From Verrucomicrobiota bacterium (GTDB taxonomy: Bacteria > Verrucomicrobiota > Verrucomicrobiia > Opitutales > UBA953): a stretch of DNA of 64,000 nt. The stretch spans positions 6,158 through 70,157 of the forward strand of contig JBEGSF010000005.1 in assembly GCA_041180005.1 (NCBI GenBank). Direction: 5' to 3'. Position 1 is the first letter of the stretch, and each line of letters opens with the position of its first letter. The notes beneath the pieces were generated by a model. That model saw only the letters and a list, made by a program, of their open reading frames with translations, was not told the DNA's origin and made no database searches. Made by a program: the position numbers and the translations under genes. Positions 19,960 to 27,772 of the stretch are shown in pieces.

Positions 19960-20721
19960 ATGAGCTTCGCCACGCTTGCCCGCTTTCTCGCCATCTTCTG
20001 CCTGACGTTGGCGGCTTTCGGCGAGGACCCGCGCCGGGTCCTTTTCATCGGTAATAGCTATACCGGTGTCAATAAACTGCCCGAGGTCTTCTTGGAGGTC
20101 GTGAAGAGCTCCGGCGGGCCGGCGCCGGTGGTGAAGTCTTCGACGCCTGGTGGGCGCACCTTGAAGCAGCATCTTGGCATCGCCGGGAGCCTTGCGCTCA
20201 TCGACGAGGGCGGTTGGGATGTCGTGGTGCTTCAGGGCCAGAGCCAGGAGCCGGCCATCGCGGAGAAAGATGAGTCCGTACGGAAGGATTTTCTCGAGAG
20301 CGCCGCGGCGCTCTGCTCACGTGTTCGCGCGAAGAGTCCGCAGGCGCGGATTTTCTTCTACGAAACGTGGGCCCGGCATGCTGATTATTGGAAGGCGGCC
20401 AAGAAGGGGCCTGATGTCGGCGCCGACCCGAAGGAGATGCAGGCACGCCTGCGTAAGTGGTATGGCATCGCGGCCAAGGAAAATAGCGCGACCGTCGTGC
20501 CTTGCGGCGACGCATGGGAACTCAACTACGGCGCCCCGCAGCCTCTGCGTCTGCATACCAAGGATCATTCCCACCCGGAATTCGCCGGCACTTACCTCAA
20601 CGCCCTGATCTTCTTCGGGAAGATCTATGACCAGAAGACGCCGGCCCCGAAGTGGATGGGTAAGTTGGACGAGACCCAGGCCAAGCTCATGCAGGGCTTC
20701 GCCGCTCAGGTGCTGAAATAG
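19960..20721 (+). CDS. SGNH-like hydrolase (DUF4886-like), secreted
   Basis: Signal peptide. 'VLFIGNSYTGVN' (block I variant) and 'KDHSHPEFAGTYL' (block V-like). Confidence 0.65.
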   Translation: MSFATLARFLAIFCLTLAAFGEDPRRVLFIGNSYTGVNKLPEVFLEVVKSSGGPAPVVKSSTPGGRTLKQHLGIAGSLALIDEGGWDVVVLQGQSQEPAIAEKDESVRKDFLESAAALCSRVRAKSPQARIFFYETWARHADYWKAAKKGPDVGADPKEMQARLRKWYGIAAKENSATVVPCGDAWELNYGAPQPLRLHTKDHSHPEFAGTYLNALIFFGKIYDQKTPAPKWMGKLDETQAKLMQGFAAQVLK

Positions 20722-20725
20722 CCGA

Positions 20726-21838
20726 TCAAGGCGTCAGGCCCGCGGCGCGCAATGCCGTGGCGTGGACGTTGATGTCGTGGTCGGCCGACCAAGCGAACGG
20801 GGCGCCGTTGACGAGCACGCGGTGCAGGTCGCGGAATTCTTCGTCGTAGCGTCCTTTGGGGACATCCAGCGCGAAGGTGTTTTCACCCTTCTTGAAGCGG
20901 GGTTCGGCGAACATGATCATTTTATCGCCGACTTGTCGGCAGACCTTCGACGTGTCGCGAGGTTCGTCGAGCCGCAGGACGCCTTTGCCGGATTCGAGCG
21001 GGCGGATCTCCATGTCGCCCTTGGTGCCGCGGACGGAGATACAGCGATTAGGTCCGCCGAACGGGTCGGCATGGTTGCAGCGGATCGTCACGGTCGCCTT
21101 GGGGTAAGTGAGCACCGCGAGCTGGTTGTCGACGAAGGCATCCTGCGGGGCGCGGGTGGCGTTGCCGAAGGCTTGGACCGAGAGGGGCGGGCCCATCAGC
21201 GTCACGACCGTGTCCACGAGATGGCACGCGAGCTCATACATCCCGCCGCCGGGAATCTGGGCGAAACGCTTGCGTCCGGCTTCGTCGAGCAGCTTGCCCA
21301 TCGAGGCGTCGATTTCCATGACGTCCCCGAGCCAGCCTTCCTTGACCGCGCGGAACAGCAGCTGGATGCCGGGGTTGTAGCGTAGCATGTAGCCCATCTG
21401 GACGGTCAGGCCTTTTTCGGCGGCGTAGCGACGGAGCTCCACGAAGTCGGCGTGCTTTTCGGCGCCCGGTTTGTCCAGGTGGATGTGCTTGCCGGCTTTG
21501 AGCGCGGCGAAGGCCGCCCGCGCGGAGTCTTCGAGGGTCGTCTCGATGACGACCACGCGGATGGAAGGGTCGGCGAGGATCTCCGCTTCCGTCAGGTATT
21601 TCAGGCCGGCGAAGGATTTCGCCTTCTGCGCGCTCGCCTGGCGGGAGGCGATGGGCTCGGCGAAGCCGACGACGTCGTAAAGGTCGGGCAAGGAGCGAAG
21701 CGCGTCCATCTTGCCTGCGGCGTGGGCGTGCGAGGTGCCGATCTGGGCGACGCGGAGGCGTTCCTTGTTCTCGGCGGCGAGCAGGCCGGCGAACGGGGTC
21801 AAGGCGAGGCCAGTGAGGAGGGTGCGGCGGTGGATCAT
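20726..21838 (-). CDS. Gfo/Idh/MocA-family oxidoreductase with Tat-like signal
   Basis: 'MIHRRTLLTGLALTPFAGLLAA' and Rossmann 'RVAQIGTSHAHA'. The stop of the upstream gene overlaps by 4 nt. Confidence 0.8.
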   Translation of the reverse strand: MIHRRTLLTGLALTPFAGLLAAENKERLRVAQIGTSHAHAAGKMDALRSLPDLYDVVGFAEPIASRQASAQKAKSFAGLKYLTEAEILADPSIRVVVIETTLEDSARAAFAALKAGKHIHLDKPGAEKHADFVELRRYAAEKGLTVQMGYMLRYNPGIQLLFRAVKEGWLGDVMEIDASMGKLLDEAGRKRFAQIPGGGMYELACHLVDTVVTLMGPPLSVQAFGNATRAPQDAFVDNQLAVLTYPKATVTIRCNHADPFGGPNRCISVRGTKGDMEIRPLESGKGVLRLDEPRDTSKVCRQVGDKMIMFAEPRFKKGENTFALDVPKGRYDEEFRDLHRVLVNGAPFAWSADHDINVHATALRAAGLTP

Positions 21839-23931
21839 TTGAGGAGCCAGGTGGCGGCGGCGGTCTTCGCGTCGGTGCCGTCGACGTGCGGCGTGGCGGC
21901 AGGGAAGAGCGTGGCATTAGGTTCGCCGGCGACCCAGAGCGGCTGGGCGGAGGCGAGGCAGAGGAGGCCGGGGACATCGAGATACTTCGCGCCGCCGGGC
22001 AGGAACATCGGGTCGCGGTAATCGAGCAGCTGGCCGAAGCGGAAACCCTTCGTCTCGACGGCGGCCTTGGCGATGGCTCCGCCGGTCACGGCGCGGGCGG
22101 CGGCGGCGACCGGGCCCATCTGACCGAAGCCGGCCAGCGAGACCTTCTTCACGGCCGGCTGGGTGGCGTCGCGTTTCGAGAGCAGGTAGCTCGTGATGGT
22201 CATGACGTCGTGCACGCGCTGGGCGAAGAGCGCGTGGTTGTAGCCGAAGGTATAGGCCGGGACTTCGCGGGGACCGGCGACGACGCGGGTCTGCTTCAGC
22301 TTCTTGTCGTCCTGAAGGAAGAGATCGGCTGTGAGCACGCCGATGCCGCGGTCGATGAGTTCCTGCAGTTCGGGACGGATCGTGCCGTCGGGCAGGCGGG
22401 CGGATCCCTTGCCGGCGTCGTCGAGCCAGATCACCACCTCGCCGGTGGGATTGATCGGTTGCAGCCAATCGACCGTGACTTCTTCGCCGTAGGTCGAGTT
22501 GACCAGATGGCCCTGCGTGCGGAAGTGGGAGTCGCGCCATTGGGCGCTGGCGTCGGGGAACGAGATGGATCCCGCCTGGGCGTAGGACCGGCCGATGAGG
22601 GCTTCGACGGCCGGACGCAGGATCTGCTCACGACCTTCGGTGGTCTTCGCCGCGGCGAGCAGCTGCTGCTGGGCGTCGGCCTTCAGCCACTTGAGCAGGT
22701 TGCGTTCGAATTCCGGGTCGCCGGCCTTGGGCGCGGGGTGGGACTCATCCCACACGGTCAGCTTCTCCTTCGGCAGCGGCTGGTAGTCCCGTTCGATGAT
22801 CGGGGCTTCGAAGCCCAGTTTGAAGTGTTTGTTGAGCGCCGCGTAGAAGCCCGAACGGGTGACCGCGTTATAGTTGTGCGGGAAGTGTTCGCCGCGCTGG
22901 AGCGTCACGTAGTCCTTCTTGCCGTAGAGCTTGTACAGCGCCTGCAGGTCGGGGAAGCCCTTCGTCGCCATCTCCTTGGTCCAGTCGTTGGCGGTGTTCA
23001 TGCCTTGCGGCTTAGGCGCGAAGAGGGCCGCGATCTCGACGTTGCCGGAGTTCACGCGGAGCAGGGTGGCGTTCTCGCAGGTGCAGCCGCCTTGCATGGC
23101 CGTGCTCACCATCACCACGGGGTAGGACAGGGCGAGGCGAGGATCGGCCGCCGCCAGGAGCATCGTCTGGGTGCCGCCGCCGCTGGAGCCGGTAACGGCC
23201 AGGCGAGTCGGGTCGACCTCAGGCAGCGTCAACAGGAAGTCCACGCTGCGGATCGAGTTCAGGGTCTGGAGGCCCATCACGTTCTGGAGGTTGGCCTCGG
23301 CCTGCGGGCTGTAGAGTCCCCAGCCTTCGGTGCGGTTCATCTCGGCCCGCTGCTTCGCGAACTTATGGATGACCTCCGGCGAGAACTGCTTCGAGTCGGA
23401 GTCGCTGAGCGCGTCGATATGCCAGACCACGCAGCCCATGCGGGCGAGCTGGACGCACATCGATTGGAAGCGGGACTTGCCGCCCTGTTCGAAGCGCTCC
23501 TGGCCGGTCGCGATCTCCTCGCGGACGTATTTATCGGGTTGGATCAGGAAGCGCGCGTCGGTCCAGTGTCCGTGCGGGAAGATCACCGCCGGCACCTTGC
23601 CGGTGATATTCTTGGGGCGGTAGAGGTTGCCCGTGACGAAGAAGCCTGGCGCGCTTTCGAAATAGACCTTCTCGATCGTGTATTCGCCTTGGTCGATCTT
23701 CCCGTGGATGACCGCGTTGAGCGGCGTCTTGGTCGGCATCGGCCAGAGGCCTTGGGAGACCAGCAGCTGCCTGCGGACGAAATCACGGCGCGGCTCCCAT
23801 TCCTGGACGGACTTCGGGGCGGGGAAGGGGAAGTATCCGTTGAGGTCCTTGAGCGGGCCGAGGCGGGCGTCCTCCGCGTGGGCGAGGTTCAGCAGGCCTA
23901 AGGCCGCGAGGGCGAGCGTGGGGAGGCGCAT
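21835..23931 (-). CDS. secreted alpha/beta-hydrolase (acetyl-xylan-esterase / glucuronoyl-esterase-like)
   Basis: 698 aa, signal peptide, 'VTGSSGGGTQT' nucleophile elbow. The N-terminal region resembles PVC acetyl xylan esterase-like proteins. Confidence 0.7.
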   Translation of the reverse strand: MRLPTLALAALGLLNLAHAEDARLGPLKDLNGYFPFPAPKSVQEWEPRRDFVRRQLLVSQGLWPMPTKTPLNAVIHGKIDQGEYTIEKVYFESAPGFFVTGNLYRPKNITGKVPAVIFPHGHWTDARFLIQPDKYVREEIATGQERFEQGGKSRFQSMCVQLARMGCVVWHIDALSDSDSKQFSPEVIHKFAKQRAEMNRTEGWGLYSPQAEANLQNVMGLQTLNSIRSVDFLLTLPEVDPTRLAVTGSSGGGTQTMLLAAADPRLALSYPVVMVSTAMQGGCTCENATLLRVNSGNVEIAALFAPKPQGMNTANDWTKEMATKGFPDLQALYKLYGKKDYVTLQRGEHFPHNYNAVTRSGFYAALNKHFKLGFEAPIIERDYQPLPKEKLTVWDESHPAPKAGDPEFERNLLKWLKADAQQQLLAAAKTTEGREQILRPAVEALIGRSYAQAGSISFPDASAQWRDSHFRTQGHLVNSTYGEEVTVDWLQPINPTGEVVIWLDDAGKGSARLPDGTIRPELQELIDRGIGVLTADLFLQDDKKLKQTRVVAGPREVPAYTFGYNHALFAQRVHDVMTITSYLLSKRDATQPAVKKVSLAGFGQMGPVAAAARAVTGGAIAKAAVETKGFRFGQLLDYRDPMFLPGGAKYLDVPGLLCLASAQPLWVAGEPNATLFPAATPHVDGTDAKTAAATWLLK

Positions 23932-23959
23932 GAGGGCAATATGAGCCTCCTTTCCGACG

Positions 23960-23978
23960 ATGGGAAATAAAAAGGCCG
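23960..23978. repeat. left 19-bp direct repeat ATGGGAAATAAAAAGGCCG bounding the low-G+C islet
   Basis: An identical 19-mer occurs at 26858-26876. Confidence 0.9.
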
Positions 23979-24105
23979 GGCTAAGTCAGACCCCCTCAGG
24001 ACGCCTTTTTCCTCGGTAGGGTCGGGACCGCGTCACGACATAGCCGCCTTTGGAAGGGGTGATTGCCTTCGCTCAATCTCCCGCCCGGTATGCATCAGTA
24101 ATCCC

Positions 24106-24322
24106 ACTCAGTCAACGGGGTCAGTCAGCTGCTCGATCAGACAGCGACTAAATTCGATAACAACACGTGATTAAAGTCACACTCCCAAGAAGGGGGCGGC
24201 CTGACCCCGTGCTCGAGCTCAATGTTAATCACGGAGGCCTTTCGAACAGCAGGCTCACCTGTTGACTCTTGTAGCAGGTTAATCATAACACTCAGCCACC
24301 CCCTTGAATGAGCCTCGCCGGA
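24106..24322 (+). repeat. copy A of a ~217-bp conserved leader/promoter module preceding islet ORF1
   Basis: About 90% identical to 25796-26011. It ends 27 nt before the ATG at 24349. Confidence 0.9.
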
Positions 24323-24348
24323 CCAAGAACGGAATTGTCCCACAACCC

Positions 24349-25707
24349 ATGAGTGCTCAAGTAAAACGCCTCACTATTGCGCTTGGAGTACTCATTGTTC
24401 TCATGGCTGGAATCTATCGGTGGAGCATGGCAAGGCAGGACGCGAAGCCTCAAACTATCGCTTCACATAAGCCACAGACGTCAAAGGCTAAGGGGCAACT
24501 TTCACCATCATCAAAACCAGCGCTGCTTCGGTATGATCCGCTTAAGGATCCAGGGATGAGCGCCGAGGCGGCGGCCATTTATTATCAGCGCAGAGAGCAA
24601 ATGATTAGGGAACAGCACGGCGATGGGCAAATTGAAAAACCACTTAAGGTTCTTGAGGGCAGGACAGGAACAAAGTCAGATCTTATTACTGCAATTGGTA
24701 GTGTCACGCGTAACGGTTCGGTACGAGCTATACCATATCTTTTGAAGTTATTAGAGCATCAAGAATTACTCGTAAGATGGAGCGCAGCAGAAGGCTTATG
24801 TTCATTCGGCGACAAGCGGGGCTTTGACTACATTCTTCAACATTACGGACTCGTTACCGGCGCCGACTGGGCATCAGTGTTCAACGATGTTTTTGTCCAA
24901 TATAAACCTCCTGGATACAATGATGCGTTGATCAAACTAATTTCAGAAGTTAAACGTGAGGATGAGGAGTCGCGGAAGCTTGCCGCTCTGGAAATCTCCA
25001 CGGTGTTGGCTGAGATGGGTGAGCCTGCTTCTCTCGATGTGCTGCTTCCCAACCTTAAGCAATACCCTCCGTTGAGCGCTGCTAGGGTGCTAGCCTTGCG
25101 CAATGTCAACGATCCGAGGGTGACTCGATTTGCGATGGAGCTCATGCAAAGCGGCAAAAGCAGCGCCGTAAAGCAGGCTGCTGTAATCGTCTTGGCCGCA
25201 CGAGGCGATCAAGCGGCCCAGACAAGCATTGTCGAAGCGGCGAAGAGACTCATTGATCTGCCGCAACCGCAGAACGCCGATGGCACATACAAGCCAGGGA
25301 TGAATCCGGGATCCGTAGGCGCTGTAACTCCCGCATGGGACAGTGATGCCATGCTCGCGCTAGAGCGAGGCATGGAGTTCGTTCCCGCTGCTCAAGCAGT
25401 GCCGGCGCTCAAGCAGATTGCCATTAGTGCGAACAACGTGCGCTTTAGTAAAATTGCTATCATAAGGCTTGCGAAGATCGGTAACGAAGCGGCTCGTGAT
25501 GCCCTTTGGGAAACGGCCCAGGCTTTACAGAAGAGAAACCGTGTTTTTGAAAGCTCTATCTTCACGGCTGCAGGACAGGCGCTAACGTTGTTTGATGACG
25601 AAACTTCGATGAGTATGGCCACAATTCTTTTTGGCGGTTACCAGTACGGTTTCGAGGAGGCTAAACTTATTTCGGAGTCCAAAGGATGGGATGGTTTGTT
25701 CAAATGA
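24349..25707 (+). CDS. HEAT-repeat protein with N-terminal TM anchor (islet ORF1)
   Basis: 'RLTIALGVLIVLMAGIY' TM segment. Repeated 'xxVRxxAAxxLxxxGDxRG'-like HEAT/PBS-lyase-type units. The ATG at 24349 is preferred over the TTG at 24304, which lies inside the repeat. Confidence 0.7.
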   Translation: MSAQVKRLTIALGVLIVLMAGIYRWSMARQDAKPQTIASHKPQTSKAKGQLSPSSKPALLRYDPLKDPGMSAEAAAIYYQRREQMIREQHGDGQIEKPLKVLEGRTGTKSDLITAIGSVTRNGSVRAIPYLLKLLEHQELLVRWSAAEGLCSFGDKRGFDYILQHYGLVTGADWASVFNDVFVQYKPPGYNDALIKLISEVKREDEESRKLAALEISTVLAEMGEPASLDVLLPNLKQYPPLSAARVLALRNVNDPRVTRFAMELMQSGKSSAVKQAAVIVLAARGDQAAQTSIVEAAKRLIDLPQPQNADGTYKPGMNPGSVGAVTPAWDSDAMLALERGMEFVPAAQAVPALKQIAISANNVRFSKIAIIRLAKIGNEAARDALWETAQALQKRNRVFESSIFTAAGQALTLFDDETSMSMATILFGGYQYGFEEAKLISESKGWDGLFK

Positions 25708-25795
25708 AGGTGACCCTGGCCTGACCCCCTAAAGTTTGACAGTTCATGACTGGAGTTCCGCATGCACCTGAATCCCAAGGACAAAACCCGAGGAG

Positions 25796-26011
25796 ACTCA
25801 GCCAACGGGGTCAGTCCGCTGCTCGTTCAGACAGCTATCAAATTCGATAATAACACGCGATTTACGTCACACTCCCAAGAAGGGGGCGGCCTGACCCCAG
25901 GTTCGAGCTCGATGTTAATCACGTCGGCCTGTCGAACAGCAGGCTCACCTGTTGACTCTTGTAGCGGGTTAATCATAACACTCAGCCACCCCTCAAGTGA
26001 GCCTCGCCGGA
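25796..26011 (+). repeat. copy B of the ~217-bp conserved leader/promoter module preceding islet ORF2
   Basis: It aligns end to end with 24106-24322 (about 20 mismatches, 1 indel). It ends 26 nt before the ATG at 26037. Confidence 0.9.
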
Positions 26012-26036
26012 TCGAGGCCGGCTTCACCTCGTCACT

Positions 26037-26732
26037 ATGAAAACTTTATTCAAAGTAATCGTTTTAATATATGTTTACATGGGGACTGTAACGGCTGCAG
26101 AGCCCATACCTTCCCTGAATCAAACCCGTCAAATAGATCTTTTGACGGCAGATAGTGGATGGATTTTAAGGATAAGACCGGATGGCTCGGCTCATCTCCA
26201 GTTCGGTTCACTGATGGAGGATGGCGCTAGATGTCCTGCCGGAACCTTCGCTTTTAGTGATGTATATGCTTTCTTGGTTCCTAAAATTAAGGAAAATAAT
26301 TCTGCAGGCGATGTTGCCGTTGCCATAGTTCCTGAAACGGCGACTTCCGTAACGTGCCAATATATCAATGAATTCGAAGCTAAGCCATTCTTCTTAAAGG
26401 CGCAGCAAACATGCATGCCAATTTGGGACAAGGTTCGATTTGACGAGCTGGTGCATAAATACCCCATCGAGTCAGAGTTCAGCTTGAGTAAGCCTGCCGA
26501 ACCGGGCGCATTACAGCCTAAAGCCTTGTCGCAAGAAACGCCCACACCGAAGCCGCAGCCCGAGGTGCAGCCTACAAAGTCAACGAAAGCCACTGTTACT
26601 TCAGCGACAACTATCATAGCCAAGGATACCGCGACCGAAGCTCCTACCGCAATAACGCCATGGAACATCATCATTGTGCTTTTTCTGGCGTCACTTGGCC
26701 TGCTGTGGTGGATTCTCAAGCGGCGTCGATGA
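26037..26732 (+). CDS. hypothetical secreted protein with Thr/Pro-rich linker and C-terminal TM + RRR tail (islet ORF2)
   Basis: Signal peptide 'MKTLFKVIVLIYVYMGTVTA'. C-terminus 'PWNIIIVLFLASLGLLWWILKRRR'. Low G+C. Confidence 0.65.
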   Translation: MKTLFKVIVLIYVYMGTVTAAEPIPSLNQTRQIDLLTADSGWILRIRPDGSAHLQFGSLMEDGARCPAGTFAFSDVYAFLVPKIKENNSAGDVAVAIVPETATSVTCQYINEFEAKPFFLKAQQTCMPIWDKVRFDELVHKYPIESEFSLSKPAEPGALQPKALSQETPTPKPQPEVQPTKSTKATVTSATTIIAKDTATEAPTAITPWNIIIVLFLASLGLLWWILKRRR

Positions 26733-26857
26733 CTTGGGATAGTCCAGCTTTTTGATCCAGCTGAATACGACTCTCGAGTTTTGATTCGGTCACGATAGCT
26801 GGGCCCGGCTGGAGTGCGGCGGGTCGGGCGCCTGACCGCCAAGTTGGTTCTGGTAAA

Positions 26858-26876
26858 ATGGGAAATAAAAAGGCCG
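26858..26876. repeat. right 19-bp direct repeat ATGGGAAATAAAAAGGCCG
   Basis: Identical to 23960-23978. It overlaps the terminator at 26861-26892. Confidence 0.9.
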
Positions 26877-26892
26877 ACCTTGCGGCCGGCCT
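26861..26892 (-). terminator. rho-independent terminator of gene 26914..27675
   Basis: Minus-strand RNA: AGGCCGGCC-GCAA-GGUCGGCCU (9-bp stem with one G.U, GNRA loop) followed by UUUUAUUU. Confidence 0.8.
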
Positions 26893-26913
26893 TCGTTACG
26901 GATGTTTCCGTGC

Positions 26914-27675
26914 TTATTCGGGCTGCTTGCGGTCGCGACGATTGTCACCCTGCGAGCGGCGCGGTTCGCCGGCCTTGCGCATCTTCTCGAAGAGCGGCGC
27001 GATCGAAGGGTCGGCCTGGCGGGCGACGTCCTCGGCGATCTCGATCGCCTTGCGCTGGGCCGCGGCGGCGGCTTCGCGGGCTTCGCGCACGGCAGGGTTT
27101 TCGTTGGCCTTGGCCATGGCTTCGCGGACGCGACGCTGTTCGTCGGGAGAAAGTCCGGGGATCACGCCAGGACGGTCGGGACCGGGCTCACGGACGTCGC
27201 CGCGAGGGCGATCGCCGTTCGGCTGATTCGGGCCACGGTCGCGAACGGGCTGGTTGGGCTGGCCTTCAGGACGGCGCGGCTGCTCGCCGCGAGGCTGCAC
27301 CTGCGGCTGGCGGTCCGGCTGTTCAGGCTGACGGCGCTCCATGGCCTTCTTGATTTTTTCCAGGATCGGGGCGACTTCCGGGTCGGCCTTGCGGGCGGCT
27401 TCGTCGGTGAGCTCGCGGGCCTTCTTCTGGGCCTCCATGGCGGCCTGCTGGGCTTTGGCCGCCTGTTCGTGGGCTTCCTTCACCGCGGGGTCCTGTTTGG
27501 CCTTCTCCATGGCTTCATGCAGGCGCTTCTGTTCGTCGGGGCTGAGTTGGACAGGTAGGCGCGGGTTGGGGCGACCTTCCGGGCCGGGGCCGTCGGGGCG
27601 GAACTGAGGGCGGGGGGCTTCTTCGGCGGCGAAGCCGAGGCTGGCGGCGAGGAGGAGCAGGGGCAGGTGCTTCAT
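26914..27675 (-). CDS. secreted helical repeat protein with two 'LSPDEQxR' units (possibly CpxP/Spy-like LTxxQ family)
   Basis: Signal peptide. Internal duplication: 'LSPDEQKRLHEAMEKAKQDPAVKEAHEQAAKAQ' versus 'LSPDEQRRVREAMAKANENPAVREAREAAAAAQ'. Arg/Pro/Gln-rich spacers. Confidence 0.65.
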   Translation of the reverse strand: MKHLPLLLLAASLGFAAEEAPRPQFRPDGPGPEGRPNPRLPVQLSPDEQKRLHEAMEKAKQDPAVKEAHEQAAKAQQAAMEAQKKARELTDEAARKADPEVAPILEKIKKAMERRQPEQPDRQPQVQPRGEQPRRPEGQPNQPVRDRGPNQPNGDRPRGDVREPGPDRPGVIPGLSPDEQRRVREAMAKANENPAVREAREAAAAAQRKAIEIAEDVARQADPSIAPLFEKMRKAGEPRRSQGDNRRDRKQPE

Positions 27676-27772
27676 GGTATCGATATAACAGCGGGGCGGG
27701 GGAGGAGTTTCGTCTATCTTGGGCCGTCCTTAGGACTTGGCAACCTAACGGGCTTTGGGTTGTCCTATTCCC

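Larger units (their letters stand above)
23960..26876. mobile_element. about 2.9-kb low-G+C insertion (genomic islet) bounded by 19-bp direct repeats; no recombinase gene inside
   Basis: There is an abrupt drop in G+C (by eye about 45-50% versus 65-70% in the flanks). Perfect 19-bp direct repeats bound it. The right repeat is the U-tract plus half-stem of the terminator of gene 26914..27675. Confidence 0.6.

Noticed and set aside
21886-23901. A 671-aa plus-strand ORF.
   Set aside because: It is antisense to the alpha/beta-hydrolase gene 21835..23931.
24137-24343. A 68-aa minus-strand ORF inside leader copy A, paired with a similar 66-aa ORF (25827..26027) in copy B. I considered these as a duplicated small-protein gene.
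   Set aside because: Nearly every nucleotide difference between the copies changes an amino acid (7 replacements in about 54 aligned codons from about 15 substitutions), so there is no sign of purifying selection. The similarity is explained by DNA-level repeat conservation.
23979-26857. An integrase, transposase or terminal inverted repeats that would make the islet an autonomous mobile element.
   Set aside because: No recombinase-like ORF is present in any frame, and I could find only a weak GTCAG-containing similarity between the ends. It is therefore called a non-autonomous insertion only.
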